A DNA stretch of 64,000 nt from Octopus vulgaris (lineage: Eukaryota): NCBI GenBank assembly GCA_951406725.2, contig OX597827.1:59396001-59460000 (forward strand), written 5' to 3'. Under the pieces are notes generated by a model. The model was not told where the DNA came from and searched no databases. It saw nothing but the letters and a program-made list of their open reading frames with translations. This document shows positions 41,363 to 56,475 of the stretch, piece after piece (positions within the stretch are counted from its first letter, which is position 1; every line of letters begins with the position of its first letter). The translations under genes were made by a program, and so were the position numbers.

Positions 41363-43922
41363 CCCGCTTTACTTTATACGTACTTTATTGTTTTTGTTGG
41401 CTGTTATAGGTTAAGTATATTGTGGTCGTAGTAGTGATTGCAATAATAATCCATATTATGGGTGTATTATTTTACTGCTATTCGGATTTCTGCTGACTAC
41501 GTTATATATATGTATATATATATATATATATATACATCTCCGTTCAGTATACTGAAGGAATATTACAAGCATGATCTGTTAATAGCTTTAACAAGAATAC
41601 AGGCTGTATCGGTTGGGTTAATGCTTATCTGTTTAGTCATGTGGACGTCTAGATGTTCCGAATTTAACTAAATGACGTCACTTCGTGAAAATTCACACCT
41701 AGCATTTGGGTAATTAACTGAGTTTTGGATGATTTTTCTTTTTTGTTATGAAACTCTTTTCGTGTACACCTTTTAAAAAATTATCTATATAGAGTCTGCG
41801 TCGCTTTGAGATTCTCTCTTTAATATAAAATTTCAATGTTATGTTCTTTTAAGTACCAAATATAGTTTGACAAAAGGGTTGCATTCTTCTTATCAGCATG
41901 ACTAAAGAACGAAATATATTTAGAATAGCGTTTGAATTTGAACTTGATTTCCTTGCCTATATAAACTGACTTAATGTACCACTGCGTGCTTTAGTGACAA
42001 AATAGACAACTGCCAATGGATAGTATGTGGTTAGAATAATGTCATTCTATATGGCAAGAATATATGGACCACTGTGTATAACACATGCTGACGAGACTGA
42101 TCATTATCTGGGCGTGTTGACTAGAGAGACAACTATACATGCCAGGTTGATAGATTGCTGTCTGTGCAGCCTATAAGCAAACCCCGCCACAAAAATCATC
42201 GTTTTAATCTTTAAGGCAGCAGTAATTTAATATATGTAACGAATAAATGAAATCGTAAAAATTGAGGTCGAAATGCACTTGGCGTTCTCGCAGGCCGCTG
42301 TTGGGACGATTTTCGTTTCGACTTCGATATACTGCGTTTTCTTAAACGCAGTGAGTTCATAAGAAATGCTATCTCCAGACAAATACCGTTGTAATATTGC
42401 CTTTCAGTAATGCATATATATTCAGTACGACACATAGATGGCTACTTAAATTTTTATACTGCTTTTTATTGCATATAATTGGTTTATATTAAGCCGCGCG
42501 GCTATTCGCAATATCAGTGAATGTTTTTCATTTTTTTTTTTTTTGTAAATTGGAGGTGACATACCTCCCCTAAACATATGGCTAACTGTGATTACACGCC
42601 ATTGATAAGACTCAATATGGCCGAAATACATCGGGCGTTCTCACTAGCCGCTGCTGGGACGATTTTCATCTCCCTCCGAAATATCTTCTGTTTTTAAGCA
42701 CAGCAGTCCATAACAGATGTTTTCTCTGGATGAACACCACAGTAAATTGCCTTTCAATGATGTTATTATACTAGGAGTGATACATAAACGACAATTTTAA
42801 TTTAATAGTGCGTCTATTGCATATAACGTATTTTTAGATATACAATATTTTTCGCAGTATAGATGCGTCATTAGACGTTCTTATGTACTTCATATATATG
42901 CGCAGACTCACTTCTGGTAATAAAGAGCTTCCCACCTCTTGATGTAGAGGTCACACTCGTTTTCCCATCTTGTACTGAGTTTTAAACTGCTGTTGTACGC
43001 TAATGTTTTCCAGCAGGCATAGTAACGGATAGAAGATCAGATGTCACGGTTTCGTTTTCATCTGTACCTTAGTCACCCGATTTCACTTCATCTGTCAGTG
43101 TGTATATGTCTTGCAAATGTGTACACACACACACACACACACACACGCACGCACCCCCCACACACAATCCTGGTTCTACGACGGTAAAACCGTGAAACCA
43201 GGATTTTCTACGCTTGAAGAATTTCAGTATTAGTCTGGAATCCGACTGTGTTGGTAGCCCAGAACTCGGGTTGAGTGCTTCTATGGAAATACCCTACCAG
43301 GACCTAAGGTATGTATCGAAGTCAGGTTTTCCTGGTAGATGAGAGTGAAATATGTCGTTTCATAGTTTGACTTTAAAATGCTCCTACAATATGTGTACAC
43401 ATTTAACTACTAAGAAAGCTGTCTCACATCATCGTTTTCAAGTTATGTCTGGAAATTAAAGGATGACTTTAGTAAGAATTGTGATTGCAGTTGTGAACAA
43501 CAGGTCTGACTTCCATTGCTATTTTTTGAGGAATCTGCGTGTGTACTTAAGAGACAAGTACAAGTCCTTAAGATCCAAGGAAGAAAACCTAGATCTTGGT
43601 TTTCTTACTTGTCTTTTCCTTCTTCCCGTTCCACTTTTTGCATCAACCTTCTTCGTGTTTATTTTGTTCTCTTTTCTTTTTCTTTCTCGTGTTTTCTCAT
43701 AGTCAATAGATGAGATCTGGAGATTCTTAGTATAGAAGACACTTAGTAGTGTTCGAATGATTCAAACTTGGACCCCGCTGTCTTTACAGGGAATAAATTC
43801 CACGGGGTAAAGAATGGCTACAAGAGGTATCCAGTTGAGCAAATATGGAGGCAATTATGCGGATAAAAAAATTAGATATGTTAAATATAACAGTTTGGCT
43901 ATGAAATACAAAATATGTATAT

Positions 43923-44334
43923 AGGCGCAGGAGTGGCTGTGTGGTAAGTAGCTTGTTTACCAACCACATGGTTCCGGGTTCAGTCCCACTGCGTGGCACC
44001 TTGGGCAAGTGTCTTCTACTATAGCCTCGGGCCGACCAAAGCCTTGTGAGTGGATTTGGTAGACGGAAACTGAAAGAAGCCCGTCGTATATATGTATATA
44101 TATGCGTGTGTGTGTTTATGTGTCTATGTTTGTCCCCCTAGCATTGCTTGACAACCGATGCTGGTGTGTTTATGTCCCCGTTACTTAGCGGTTCGGCAAA
44201 AGAGACCGATAGAATAAGTACTGGGCTTACAAAAGAATAAGTCCCGGGGTCGAGTTGCTCGATTAAAGGTGGTGTTCAAGCATGGCCGCAGTCAAATGAC
44301 TGAAACTAGTAAAAGAGTAAAAGAGTAAAAGAGT
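43923..44334 (+). mobile_element. tRNA-derived CORE-type SINE family B (Octopus OR-like), full length
   Basis: A box TGGCTGTGTGG, B box GGTTCAGTCCC, CORE-like ACCTTGGGCAAGTGTCTT, (AAAAGAGT)n tail. Confidence 0.88.
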
Positions 44335-44921
44335 ATGTATACACGCAAAACGAGAGAAAGCAAAGGGTGGAGACTTTCAGACGATAAATATTTAAACACA
44401 CACACACACACACACACACACATATTTATATTGATATTGATAGATCCAACTTACACAGAGTACAAATGACAGAGTAAAATAATTGCCCTTTGAACTTTTC
44501 TGCATTAAGGTCTGAAATGTAAGATCTTCTCTTCCCTGATGACAGAGGCTCGATTTATCCAATGTTGATTGCTTCCATTACAAGCGCATATTATGATGAA
44601 CTACACCTTCTATCATTATTATAGATCTCCGAGCCCCTAGAAGCAGCTGTTGGGCTTAAAACACCTTTCTTTCTCCCCTTTACTTTTCTCTGCTGTTTGA
44701 ATTCCGTGTAAGTTGGACCTATTAATATAAATACCTATATATTTATACTTAAATACTCATCATCCGAAAGTCTTCACCTTTTGCATTATCTCGTGTTGCA
44801 TGTATACATATATACATATTTTGTATTTCATATCCATACTGTTATACTTAGCAAATGTAAATTGTTTATCCGTATATTTACCCCCTCTCTCTCTCTCTCT
44901 CTCTCTCTCTCGTATATTTAC

Positions 44922-44980
<59 letters not shown>

Positions 44981-45021
44981 GGTCGAATGGCCTATTGAGG
45001 CCGTTCCTCAATTGTTGCTGA

Positions 45022-45058
<37 letters not shown>

Positions 45059-45633
45059 TGTATGTCGAGGCACATGGCCTAGTGGTTACGGCAGCGGACT
45101 CGCTATCGAGGGATTGCGGGTTCGAATCTCAGACCGGGGTGATGTGTGTGTCTATGAGCGAAACACCTAAGCTCCACGCGGCTCCGGCAGAAGGTAATGG
45201 CGAACCTCTGCTGACTTGTGCATCTTGCAGCTCACCTGCGACGGACCGGCGTCCCGTCCAGGTGGGGAAGCCGGCATGAGCCAGGCATGGCTCGAGAAGG
45301 AACAAACAAAGCAAAATATATGCATGTATGCATGTGAAGGCTCATGGCTTAGTGGTTAGGGTGTTGCACTCATACCATTACGGGACCGTATGTTTGATTC
45401 CCAAATCGGGAGTTGCGTTGTGTTCTTGAGCAATGCATATCCTTTCACGTTGATCATTTCGTCATCTGACATGTGGCACACGGTGCACCTGTACAGGTTA
45501 TGTCGATTTGATGGAGGGAGTGAGCTTATGTGTACACAAACATCTGATTACTATAAACAAATAATCTGTGTGGTTATTCGGCAAGAAATTGCCGAAGCTT
45601 CAAACGTCGTCTAATGAGGGGAGAGTCCATAAA

Positions 45634-45719
<86 letters not shown>

Positions 45720-45720
45720 T

Positions 45721-47546
45721 CGTTCCCTCCAACGGCGCGCTGACATTATCATCAAACCGGCTGACAAGGGTGGAGCTGTAGTGGTGTGGCGCGCGGACCT
45801 CTATAGGGCCGAGGCTTTCCGCCAACTCAATGACACCTCCTTCTATTCCCCTCTGCCCTCTAACCCCACACGTAGCTACCAACAGACGGTATCCTCTACT
45901 GTCCAAGACCTCATCTCGTCCTCCCGTCTCCCCCGCACCGCATCCAACCTAATTGTGCGAACCCCACGTACCCCCACCATTTACTTCCTCCCCAAAATCC
46001 ACAAACCCAACAACCCTGGCCGCCCCATCGTCTCCGCCTGTAACTGCCCCACGGAGCTCATCTCTAAATACCTCGACCGTGTCCTTGCCCCCCTAGTGGC
46101 ATCTCTTCCCTCCCACATCCACGATACCAACCATGCTCTCCGGCTTTTCAACTCTTTCTCCTTTCCTCCCGGCTCCTCCAAAATCCTTTTTACTATGGAC
46201 ATCCAAAGCCTCTATACTGTTATCCCTCACCACGAAGGACTGCAGGCCCTTCGACACTTTCTTGACCTCCGCTCTAACCCTGTACCTGACACCTCCACAC
46301 TCATTCGTCTGGCCGAACTTGTCCTTACTCTGAACTGCTTCTTGTTCGCGGGCGAGTTCTACCATCAGGTCTCGGGAGTGGCTATGGGAACGCGAATGGG
46401 CCCCAACTATGCGAACCTGTTCGTTGGCTATGTTGAGGCCCAAATATTCTCTAATTTCACTGGTCCCACTCCTGAACTATATGGTCGTTATATTGACGAC
46501 ATTATCGGTGCCACCTCACTCTCCCGCGAACATCTAGATTCCTTCCTCTCTTTCGTCCAATCTTTCCATCCAGCCCTCCACTTCACTTCCACTATCTCCA
46601 ACACCTCTGTCTCCTTCCTCGACATTTCGGTTAGCATTCTTCACTCCACTCTTACCACCTCCATTCACTACAAACACACAGACTCACACTCATACCTCAA
46701 CTTCTCTTCCTCCCACCCAGAACACACCAAGCTTTCCATCCCCTATTCCCAATTCCTCCGTCTACGTAGGCTCTGTAGTGACGACCATGACTTTGAGACT
46801 CAGTCTCAACGTATGGCTCACCACTTCACCCTACGTGGATACCCCCTCACCACTATCCACACCGCCCTTGCCAGAGCACGGTCCGTGGACCGTGTATCTG
46901 CTCTCTCTCCCCGAACCCGCCCTGTAGTCTCCCGCCTCCCTTTTCCCCTCACTTACCACCCCACGACCCTACGTCTCCAACGCACCATTCTTCGAGCTTT
47001 CCGTCATCTCCAGTCCGACCCGTCCACTTCACACCTCTTCCCTAACCGACCCCTCCCCTCTTTCAAACGAGCCCACAACCTTCGAGACCTTTTGGTCCAT
47101 AGCTCCTTCCCCGACCCTACCTCCCAACCCGGCTCGTTCCCCTGCTCCCGCCCACGTTGCCGCACTTGCCCTTACCTCTCCAACACCACCCGCCTCACTA
47201 GCACCCACCATCGACCCTATCCCATCATCCACTCCTTCACCTGCACCTCCAGCAATATTATCTATTGCATCTCTTGCTCTCTCTGCAATTCCTTGTACAT
47301 CGGACAAACGGGACGCCGCTTGGCTGACCGGTTCGCGGAACACCTTCGTGACATCCACCTTGCGAACGACACACCGGTCTCACGCCATTTCCGCTCCACC
47401 GGTCACTCCTTGCAACACCTATCTGTGTTCGGTTTGTCCTTACACAGAGGCCATCCGGATTCCCGTTTGCGCCGTGAACAGGAATTAATCTTCTCTCTTC
47501 GCTCTTATACGCCATTTGGTCTCAACTCTCCCCCCTCCTCATCTAA
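45721..47546 (+). CDS. PLE polyprotein: reverse transcriptase + GIY-YIG endonuclease (partial, no start codon)
   Basis: Motifs IKPADKGG, YFLPKIHK, RPIVS, MDIQSLYT, GVAMG, RYIDD, FLDI, YLNFSSSHP, linker CSRPRCRTC, NIIYCISCSLC..LYIGQTGRRLADRFAEH, PFGLN; no internal stop. The listed ORF 45568-47904 adds artefactual ends. Confidence 0.93.
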
Positions 47547-47840
47547 CCCCCTCTCCCCCCTCCTCACCTATCCTTTCTCCCCCGACCCCTACTTCTTCAG
47601 TCCTTCATCCTTTCACCCCTACTCCCCTTCCCTTCTTCCCTCTTTCTCCCTCCCTCTTCCCCTTCCCTCTGCTCCCTCACTCCCTCTCTCCCTTCTCTCT
47701 CCCCCTCTCCCTCTTTCCTCCTTCATCCCCCTCCTCACCTTCCTTCTCCCTCATCGTCTCCTCTTCCCTCTTCTCCTCCCCCTCTTCTTCCCCTTCCCTT
47801 CTCTCCCCCCTCTTCTCCCCCTCCCCCTCTTCTCCTCACT
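47547..47840 (+). repeat. Polypyrimidine (CT-rich) low-complexity tract in PLE 3' region
   Basis: Almost only C/T on the + strand. Confidence 0.9.
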
Positions 47841-47880
47841 ACACCACATGACTTTACACATCACATCACATATGATGTGC

Positions 47881-48215
47881 CATACTAATACACACACCAA
47901 CTAATACATACTAATACGTACTAATACATACTAGTACATACTAATACTTACACCAACCCTATACATACACACGTCCAGACCCCGCATACGCACTTATACT
48001 CTCTCACACACACACACACACATCTATACATACCAATACGTACTAATACATACTAATACATACTAATACATACACCAACCCCATACATACGCACGTCCAG
48101 ACCAATCTTACGCACTAATACTCTCTCATACACACACACACACACACACCCTTATACATACTAATACATACACCAACCCTATACATACACACATCCAGAC
48201 CCCTCCCACGCACTT
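47881..48215 (+). repeat. About three ~110-120-bp tandem units with nested CATACTAATA subrepeats in PLE 3' region
   Basis: CACCAACCCYATACATACRCACRTCCAGACC recurs at ~47951, ~48073 and ~48171. Confidence 0.85.
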
Positions 48216-48385
48216 TTAGCTGGTCCCTCAACCCTTTTATCAACCCTATTATCTCCCCTTATTTCGCTCTCGCGTCTCATGTTTGATCTTTGACCTCTGG
48301 CCGAAATCAGATCGCCATGTTGATTCGTTAGCTACTGCACGCATTTTTTTCTCTCCTTCTTTCTGTGTTTTTCTCTCTCTGTGTA

Positions 48386-48423
48386 TCTTTCTGTTGAAGA
48401 GCGTAGGCTCGAAACGTTAAAGA
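48386..48423 (+). ncRNA. Minimal type I hammerhead ribozyme motif at PLE 3' end (core CUGUUGA)
   Basis: UCUUU-CUGUUGA-A-GAGC(GUAG)GCUC-GAAA-CG-UU-AAAGA: stems I and II pair; palindromic ACGU stem III. Confidence 0.7.
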
Positions 48424-48520
48424 CTTGTTTTATTTATATTTCCTGAGCGCCATACTAATACAATTGTTCGTTTGTTTTCCACCTGCCTTCGTCTTTTGTT
48501 TATTTTCATAAAGCTTCCCG

Positions 48521-48576
<56 letters not shown>

Positions 48577-48577
48577 G

Positions 48578-48639
<62 letters not shown>

Positions 48640-48817
48640 CCTAAATATGTGTGTATGTGCATATATATATATATATAAATATAAATATACATATACATAT
48701 ATACATATATACACATATATGCATACATAATATGTGCGTTGAAATACTCATACATGCAATACATAAATACACATTCACACACATATATACGTGGTTAGAT
48801 AGATAAATAGATACACA

Positions 48818-48859
<42 letters not shown>

Positions 48860-48942
48860 CGTATATATATATACCGAAAAGACATACGTACAGTATATAA
48901 ATACTCACTGACACACACAGACGCACAGACACAGACACAGAC

Positions 48943-48993
<51 letters not shown>

Positions 48994-49205
48994 CATGTAC
49001 ATCAATCTTTAGAACCTGGGCTTCGTAACATCAGAAAGGACACAACTAATTAGGAAATTGCAACTACAAGCCATTAATGGACGTGTGAAATATGTAAAAC
49101 ATTTCGGTAGTTGGCCAATAGAAGGTATATATAAACACTACGCGCGCACACACACATACATACACACATAATGTGTCTGTCTCTGTGGACAGAGAGCAAC
49201 ATATG

Positions 49206-49254
<49 letters not shown>

Positions 49255-49643
49255 TTATACATATGCATATATACATATATATACATATAAACATATATAT
49301 ATGTATGTATGTGCATATAAATGAGTGTGCGTGTATGTATGTTCAGGTACTTAAGTCAAAACAGAGATTTGTACATGCAATGACATGGCGTGTATGCAAA
49401 CACATAGATAAGAGTTGCAAAATATATATACGTACACACATTCACCTATACATGCACCTCCCACACACATACATATATGCATACATGCATACAAATACGC
49501 ACATATACACATATATATATTTATACATACATACAAACACGCACATATATATACACACACACATATATATATATATATATTTATACATGCATGCAACCAC
49601 GCACATATACACATATATATATATATATTTATACATACATACA

Positions 49644-49727
<84 letters not shown>

Positions 49728-50459
49728 CATACAAACACACATATACACACATATATATATATTTATGCACACATACAAACACGCACATACACACACACAC
49801 ATATATATATATATATTTATACATACATACAAACACGCACATATACATATATATATTTATACATACATGCAAAAACGCACAAATACACACACACATATAA
49901 TTATATTTATACATACATACAAACACGCACATATACACACATATATATATATTTATACATACATGCAAAAACGCACATATACACATATATATATTTATAC
50001 ATACATACAAACACGCACATATACACACATATATATGTATTTATACATACATGCAAACACTCCTACACATATACTCATATACATGCACACACACATACAC
50101 ACACACACACACACGCACGCACACACACACACACACACCGATTGCGTGTTATATAGGCCGGCAGGCAGCCAGGCAAGCTGAAGTCAGCTAGATAAATGGA
50201 CGTTTGTGTGTGTTTTGGCCATGAACGCTGTGGGAAAGATATGAAGAGTCGACGTTTCCTTCAGATATTCTAGATCATTCTTTAGAAAGACGACAGGAAG
50301 AAGTCGTCAACTCCAGCGGGCAAATTTATACAAGCTGTCGCCCATATACTACATGGCTTGACATATTGAATGGCTACTCAACCAGCTAGTTACCGCCATC
50401 CTAACCTCGCCCACCCCTCCTCTGGCTCTGTGCGTATAATACCAACCTACTTACCTATG

Positions 50460-51120
<661 letters not shown>

Positions 51121-51299
51121 CTGTCTGAATGTCTGTCTGCCAGATCCAATCTTTGTATCTCTGTATTTCATACATATATGTGTATGTGTACACATACATA
51201 TATGTGCATGAGAGTGTATGTATACACCTCTTTGTAGGTGTTATATGTATATAAGTAATCCCATAAACACACACACAAACACACACATATATAAATGTA

Positions 51300-51361
<62 letters not shown>

Positions 51362-51772
51362 CTATCTATCTACCTATTTATCTATCTACACACAGACATA
51401 CACAAACCCCTGCACACATACACACACGTAAAAACATACGCACCCTTACACCTCTTAAAGACAGAACGCAGCATCTCTCCCTCTCCCTATATACGTATAC
51501 ATACACACAGACACACACATTTATCTACATATAAATATATATATATACACATACATCCATAGGTTTATATATGTATACATGCATAATATATATATATATA
51601 TATATACATACGTATATATATATATATAGATATATATATATACATACGTATATATATATATATATATATAGATATATATATATATACATACGTATATATA
51701 TATATATATATAAATACATGCATATATATGTATATATGTATACACACACATATATCCATACGTGTATGTATA

Positions 51773-51822
<50 letters not shown>

Positions 51823-52000
51823 TATATATACATATATATTGCCTGACACCGGAAGTGATGGTGACAGTTTAAAAATCAATAACGATCATAAAATTTTATC
51901 TTCCCATGAGTTGCATGTAAAGTTCAGTTCACCCCTGACCAGTCAATGACATGTTCAGACATTTCCTTAAGTGACCCTTTAAAAGCTTTTGGACATCAGG

Positions 52001-52046
<46 letters not shown>

Positions 52047-52194
52047 AATGGAAGTATGTGGAAGTGTGGAAGTGTGGAAGTATGGGAATATGTGGAAGAA
52101 TGGAAGTATGTGTGTGTGTGTTTGTATGTGTCTGCGTGCCTGAGGCTTCTATGTGGGTTCTGTTTATATGTATGTTTATATGCATGGTTGTGTT

Positions 52195-52225
<31 letters not shown>

Positions 52226-52420
52226 AATATATAAATATACGCATTTATATATGTACGCATTTGCATATGTATATATATATATATATGTACACACATATAT
52301 ATATATATATACATATATATTACATACACATACATATATACATGTAATATAACCACATGCGAATCGTTGGCGATTTTTTTCCTCCGTCTTCCTTTTCCCC
52401 TGGACTTTCCTCCGTCTCCA

Positions 52421-52455
52421 GTTTCTGATGAAGAGCTTTGCTAGAAGCGTAAAAC
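52421..52455 (+). ncRNA. Decayed minimal hammerhead in PLE-terminus-like remnant (~52350-52560)
   Basis: GUUU-CUGAUGA-A-GAGC(UUU)GCUA-GAAG-CG-UA-AAAC; same layout as the 48386 motif. Confidence 0.6.
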
Positions 52456-52560
52456 CACCTTTCTTTCCTTCGCCAAGCGTCTGCTAATATTTTGCATGTT
52501 CCATGTCTTCACGTTTTTTTATTCTTGTGTTTGTTTTTCGTTTTGCTTTGAGATTTACTA

Positions 52561-52642
<82 letters not shown>

Positions 52643-52756
52643 CTTAATCATTGATATTTTATTGTTATTTTAACTTTAATATTTCTATTATATGTAATTT
52701 TCTAGATGGTGTAATTTAATTGTTCATTTTGAATTGTTAAAAGGTGTTTTTTTCTA

Positions 52757-52806
<50 letters not shown>

Positions 52807-55800
52807 AAGGTTAAAGATCCCCTTTGGTCATAAATGACTATGGGATTGCACCTAGAAAGTTACCCTCCGAAGCACAAGTCCAAACAAGGTCGTTGATGGA
52901 AGACCAGCGGTTGCCCAAGCATACCAGCCTCCCCTCTTCATACCACCGATGTTATCCAAGGAAAAGGCAAAGGCCGATATAACTTGGCACCAGTGACGTC
53001 GCAGGCATTTCTACAGCTGAGTGAACTGGAGTAACGGGAAATAAAGTGTCTTGCCCAAGAACATAACAACATAGCCCAGTCCAGGAATGGAATTCACTAT
53101 CTCATGACACTCTAACCACTGAGCCATGCGCAATATATATAGAAAGAGACAGTTGCCCAAGATGCCGCGCAGAGTGAGGAAGTGAACCTGAAACCATGTG
53201 GTTACAAAGCGAGGCATTGAGACTCCCCTCGGTCATGACTGACCGTGGGATTGCACCTAGAAAGTTACCCTTCTAGACACAAGTCCGGGCAAGATTGTTT
53301 ATGGAAAACCAGCAGTCTTCTATGCATAACGGCCTCCCCTCTCCACGCTACCTGTGTTATCCAAGGGAAAGGCAAAGGGGCCGATACAGCTTAGCACCTG
53401 TGGCGTTGCAACTCATTACTACAGCTGAGTGAACTGGAGCAACGTGAAATAAAGTATCTTGCTCAAGAACACAACACCCAGCCCGGTCCAGGATTCGAAC
53501 TCACAACCTCACGATCGTAAGCTCGAAGCCATGCGCCTTCACATACCTAATTAATTTGATTACGCTAGAGCTAAACGTTTAGATTATTTACAAGCATCCG
53601 GTAACTGGTTGGCACCAACATTAGATTCCGTTTTCTTTGAGGCTTATTAACATTACTCAAAGCCACCCGCCTCACGAAACATTCGATACAGTTGGCTAAC
53701 CTTCCTTGCCTCACCCTTAGCAGTGGCAATGTCTCACTGTCACCGTCATAAAGTATGGCCTCAGTTTTTTTTTTTTAACTCTATTCCCATCCTTCATCCG
53801 TCTTCCTAGCTCATCCCTGTGGTTTAAAATCACAAAAGTGATATATTTAATTAGAACAAGTGCAAGGTTAGGCTGCTTATTAAAAGCAGCCTTGATAGGG
53901 CAAGCGTACTAATGTATGTATGTATGTATGCATGTATGTATGTGAGAACGTGGGTTCGTATGTGTTTGTATGCAAGCATGTATATGTTTATATATGTTTG
54001 CATGTGTGTGTTGTATTTATGCGTTATGTATGCATATATATATATATATATATATGTGTATGTGGTTGTGTGTGTATATAATATGAGAGTGTGTGTATGC
54101 ATGTATGTGTTTAATGTGTTTAAATACATATGTCTACATGCATATACACATACAAACATACTTGCATTCATACACACATATATTCGTGCACGAATGAAAT
54201 TCATTATATTCACACACAGGTATATAGATACACACATACACGCACACACACACACACACATATAAATATAAACGTGCGGTGGATCCCCGAAGAAAAGGTG
54301 AGGCTAAGAAAACAAATTGCAATCCTCAAGTGGAAATGATTCCATTTCTTAGAGAAACATAAAATATTCGTAATGTTTGGTTTGGGAACTTTAAACGGAT
54401 GTGACTGCAACACGCCTTACTGCATGTCGCGCTCGCGCACTTGTGTGCGTGTGCGAGTGACGGTTTACGTGTCTGTGTATGAATATTTGTGTGTATATAT
54501 GTATTGTATCTATGTACGTATTGTATGAATGCATGTATGAATGTATTTATGTGTATATGTCTACATGAATTTAGATATGAAGGCTTGAATGTAAGAAATT
54601 ATGAATTATGTCTATATAATGTAAATTTTATTTATTTATTTATGCACCCTTTTCAAGCCTAGCCAAGTTCATGGGCCCGGTTTCCCGGTTTCTATGGCGT
54701 ATGTGTTTCTCCCAGCTTGATGGGACGCCAGTCCATCGCAATGTTACTCATTTTTGCCAGCTGAGTGGACTGGACCAACTTGAAATAAAGTGTTTTGCTC
54801 AAGCAGGAATAGAAACCACAATCTTATGATCATGATGCTGACACCCTAACCACTAAGCCACGTGCCACCACAAATAAATGCGCCCTTTTAAAGCCTATTC
54901 AGACTATTGGGTCCGGTTTCCCGGTTTCTGTGGCGTATGTGTTCCCCCCAGCTGGACGGGACGCTAATCCATCGCAGCGTTACTCAAGAAACAGGAAGAA
55001 TGAGTTAGAGAAAGTTGGGGCGAAAGAGTATAACAGGGGTCGCCACCATCCCCCCTGCCGGAGCCTCGTGAAGCTTTAGGTGTTTTCGCTCAATAAACAC
55101 ACACAACACCCGGTCTGAGAATCGAAACCGCGATCCTCCGACCGCGAGTCCGCTGCCCTAACCACTGGGCCATTGCGCCTCCACATGTATTGTAAATATT
55201 GGTGTGAAATTTTGGCACAAGGCCAGCAATTTGGGGTTAAAGGACAAGTCAATTTTATGGACCCCAGTAATCTACTGAAACTTATTTTTTCGACCCCGAT
55301 AGGATGAAATAAAGTGTCATCCCCGGCGGAATTTTGAACACAGAAGGCAGACGGAATACCGTTAAGCATTTTGTCCGGCGGGCAAACAATTCTGCTCGTG
55401 AAACTAACGTGCAAGTGGCTGAGCATTCCATAGACAAGCGTACCCTTAACATAGTTCTCAGGGAGGTTTAGCGTGACATAATGGGACAAGGCTGGCCCTT
55501 TGAAACCCAGGTACAACTCATTTTTGCCAGCTGAGTGGACTTGAGCAACGTGAAATAAAGTGTCTTGCTGACGACATTGATGATTGTAGTAGTGGTGGTG
55601 GTGGTGATGATGATGATGACGATGGTGATGATAGTGATGATGTTGATGGGTAATGATGACGATGATGATAATGATGCTGCTGCTGCTGATGATGATGATG
55701 AACATGATGGTGTTGGTGTTTGTGGTGGTGGTGATGACGATGACGACGACGATGATGATGATGACGACGACGATAGTGATAATGATCCTGATGAAGGTGA

Positions 55801-55902
55801 TGACGACGACCAGCTACCACCACCACCACCACCACCACAGACTAGTAATTACATAATAAAAGAGAGCAAAAACCACCACCCCCGAGACTAAATGTAACTC
55901 AC

Positions 55903-55974
55903 AGAATTTCCATGTCACTAAGTCCACGTATTGACATCTCTGTGACACATTTGATACGGTTGTTGTCCAATTGC
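55903..55974 (-). CDS. slit: Slit, 72-nt LRR exon (D1)
   Basis: ttttctag|GCAATTG...ATTCT|gtgagt; QLDNNRIKCVTEMSIRGLSDMEIL (SLIT2 [24 protein letters not shown]). Confidence 0.95.
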
Positions 55975-56348
55975 CTAGAAAAGAAAAAGAAAAAAAGAAG
56001 AAAAATAAAGATGAAAACAAACTGAGATTACGACGAATGTGGTGTCCACCACAGTGGATGAAAGGATTAAAGACATATACTTACCTCTTCGTCCAAGCCC
56101 TCGTTAACTAGTATTTAAAAAATTTCCACTTGGAAAAGAAAATTGAGACTAAAAATGGCGGGAAAGTGTAGCTGAAATGGCCCGAGTGATATAGCTTACC
56201 TTAGGATATACATATAGCAGTGATTCTGCTATATGTGTATCCTATATGTGTATCGTGAGTTTATTTGGTAAAAATAAATAATGACCATCCCGAAATAAAA
56301 CAATATCTGTTTCAATACACGGCTTCACATCAGGAATCTCGCAAAAAA

Positions 56349-56415
<67 letters not shown>

Positions 56416-56475
56416 TCATTTTTGGATTTGGTTTGCAAGATTCTTTATATGAGTTCGTTTGTTGAAGCATATTCT

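Larger units (their letters stand above)
45720..48521 (+). mobile_element. Penelope-like retroelement (Neptune-type), 5'-truncated, inserted in (TA)n, antisense to Slit
   Basis: RT + GIY-YIG frame, then a CT-rich tract, tandem repeats and a terminal region with a hammerhead motif; (TA)n directly flanks both ends. Confidence 0.93.

Noticed and set aside
44455-44511. 57-nt AG..GTAAGT segment on the Slit strand (possible poison exon)
   Set aside because: Weak polypyrimidine tract, immediate stop in the Slit frame, no LRR similarity; expected by chance in a 22-kb intron.
45568-45720. N-terminus of the 778-aa ORF
   Set aside because: Chance read-through from SINE and (TA)n flank; the PLE is 5'-truncated at ~45720.
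45721-47546. Selenoprotein-type PLE (UGA recoding as in some Naiad elements)
   Set aside because: No in-frame TGA in the ORF.
47547-47904. Pro/Leu/Ser-rich C-terminal extension of the PLE ORF
   Set aside because: Translation of the CT-rich tract after a probable frameshift beside the expected stop.
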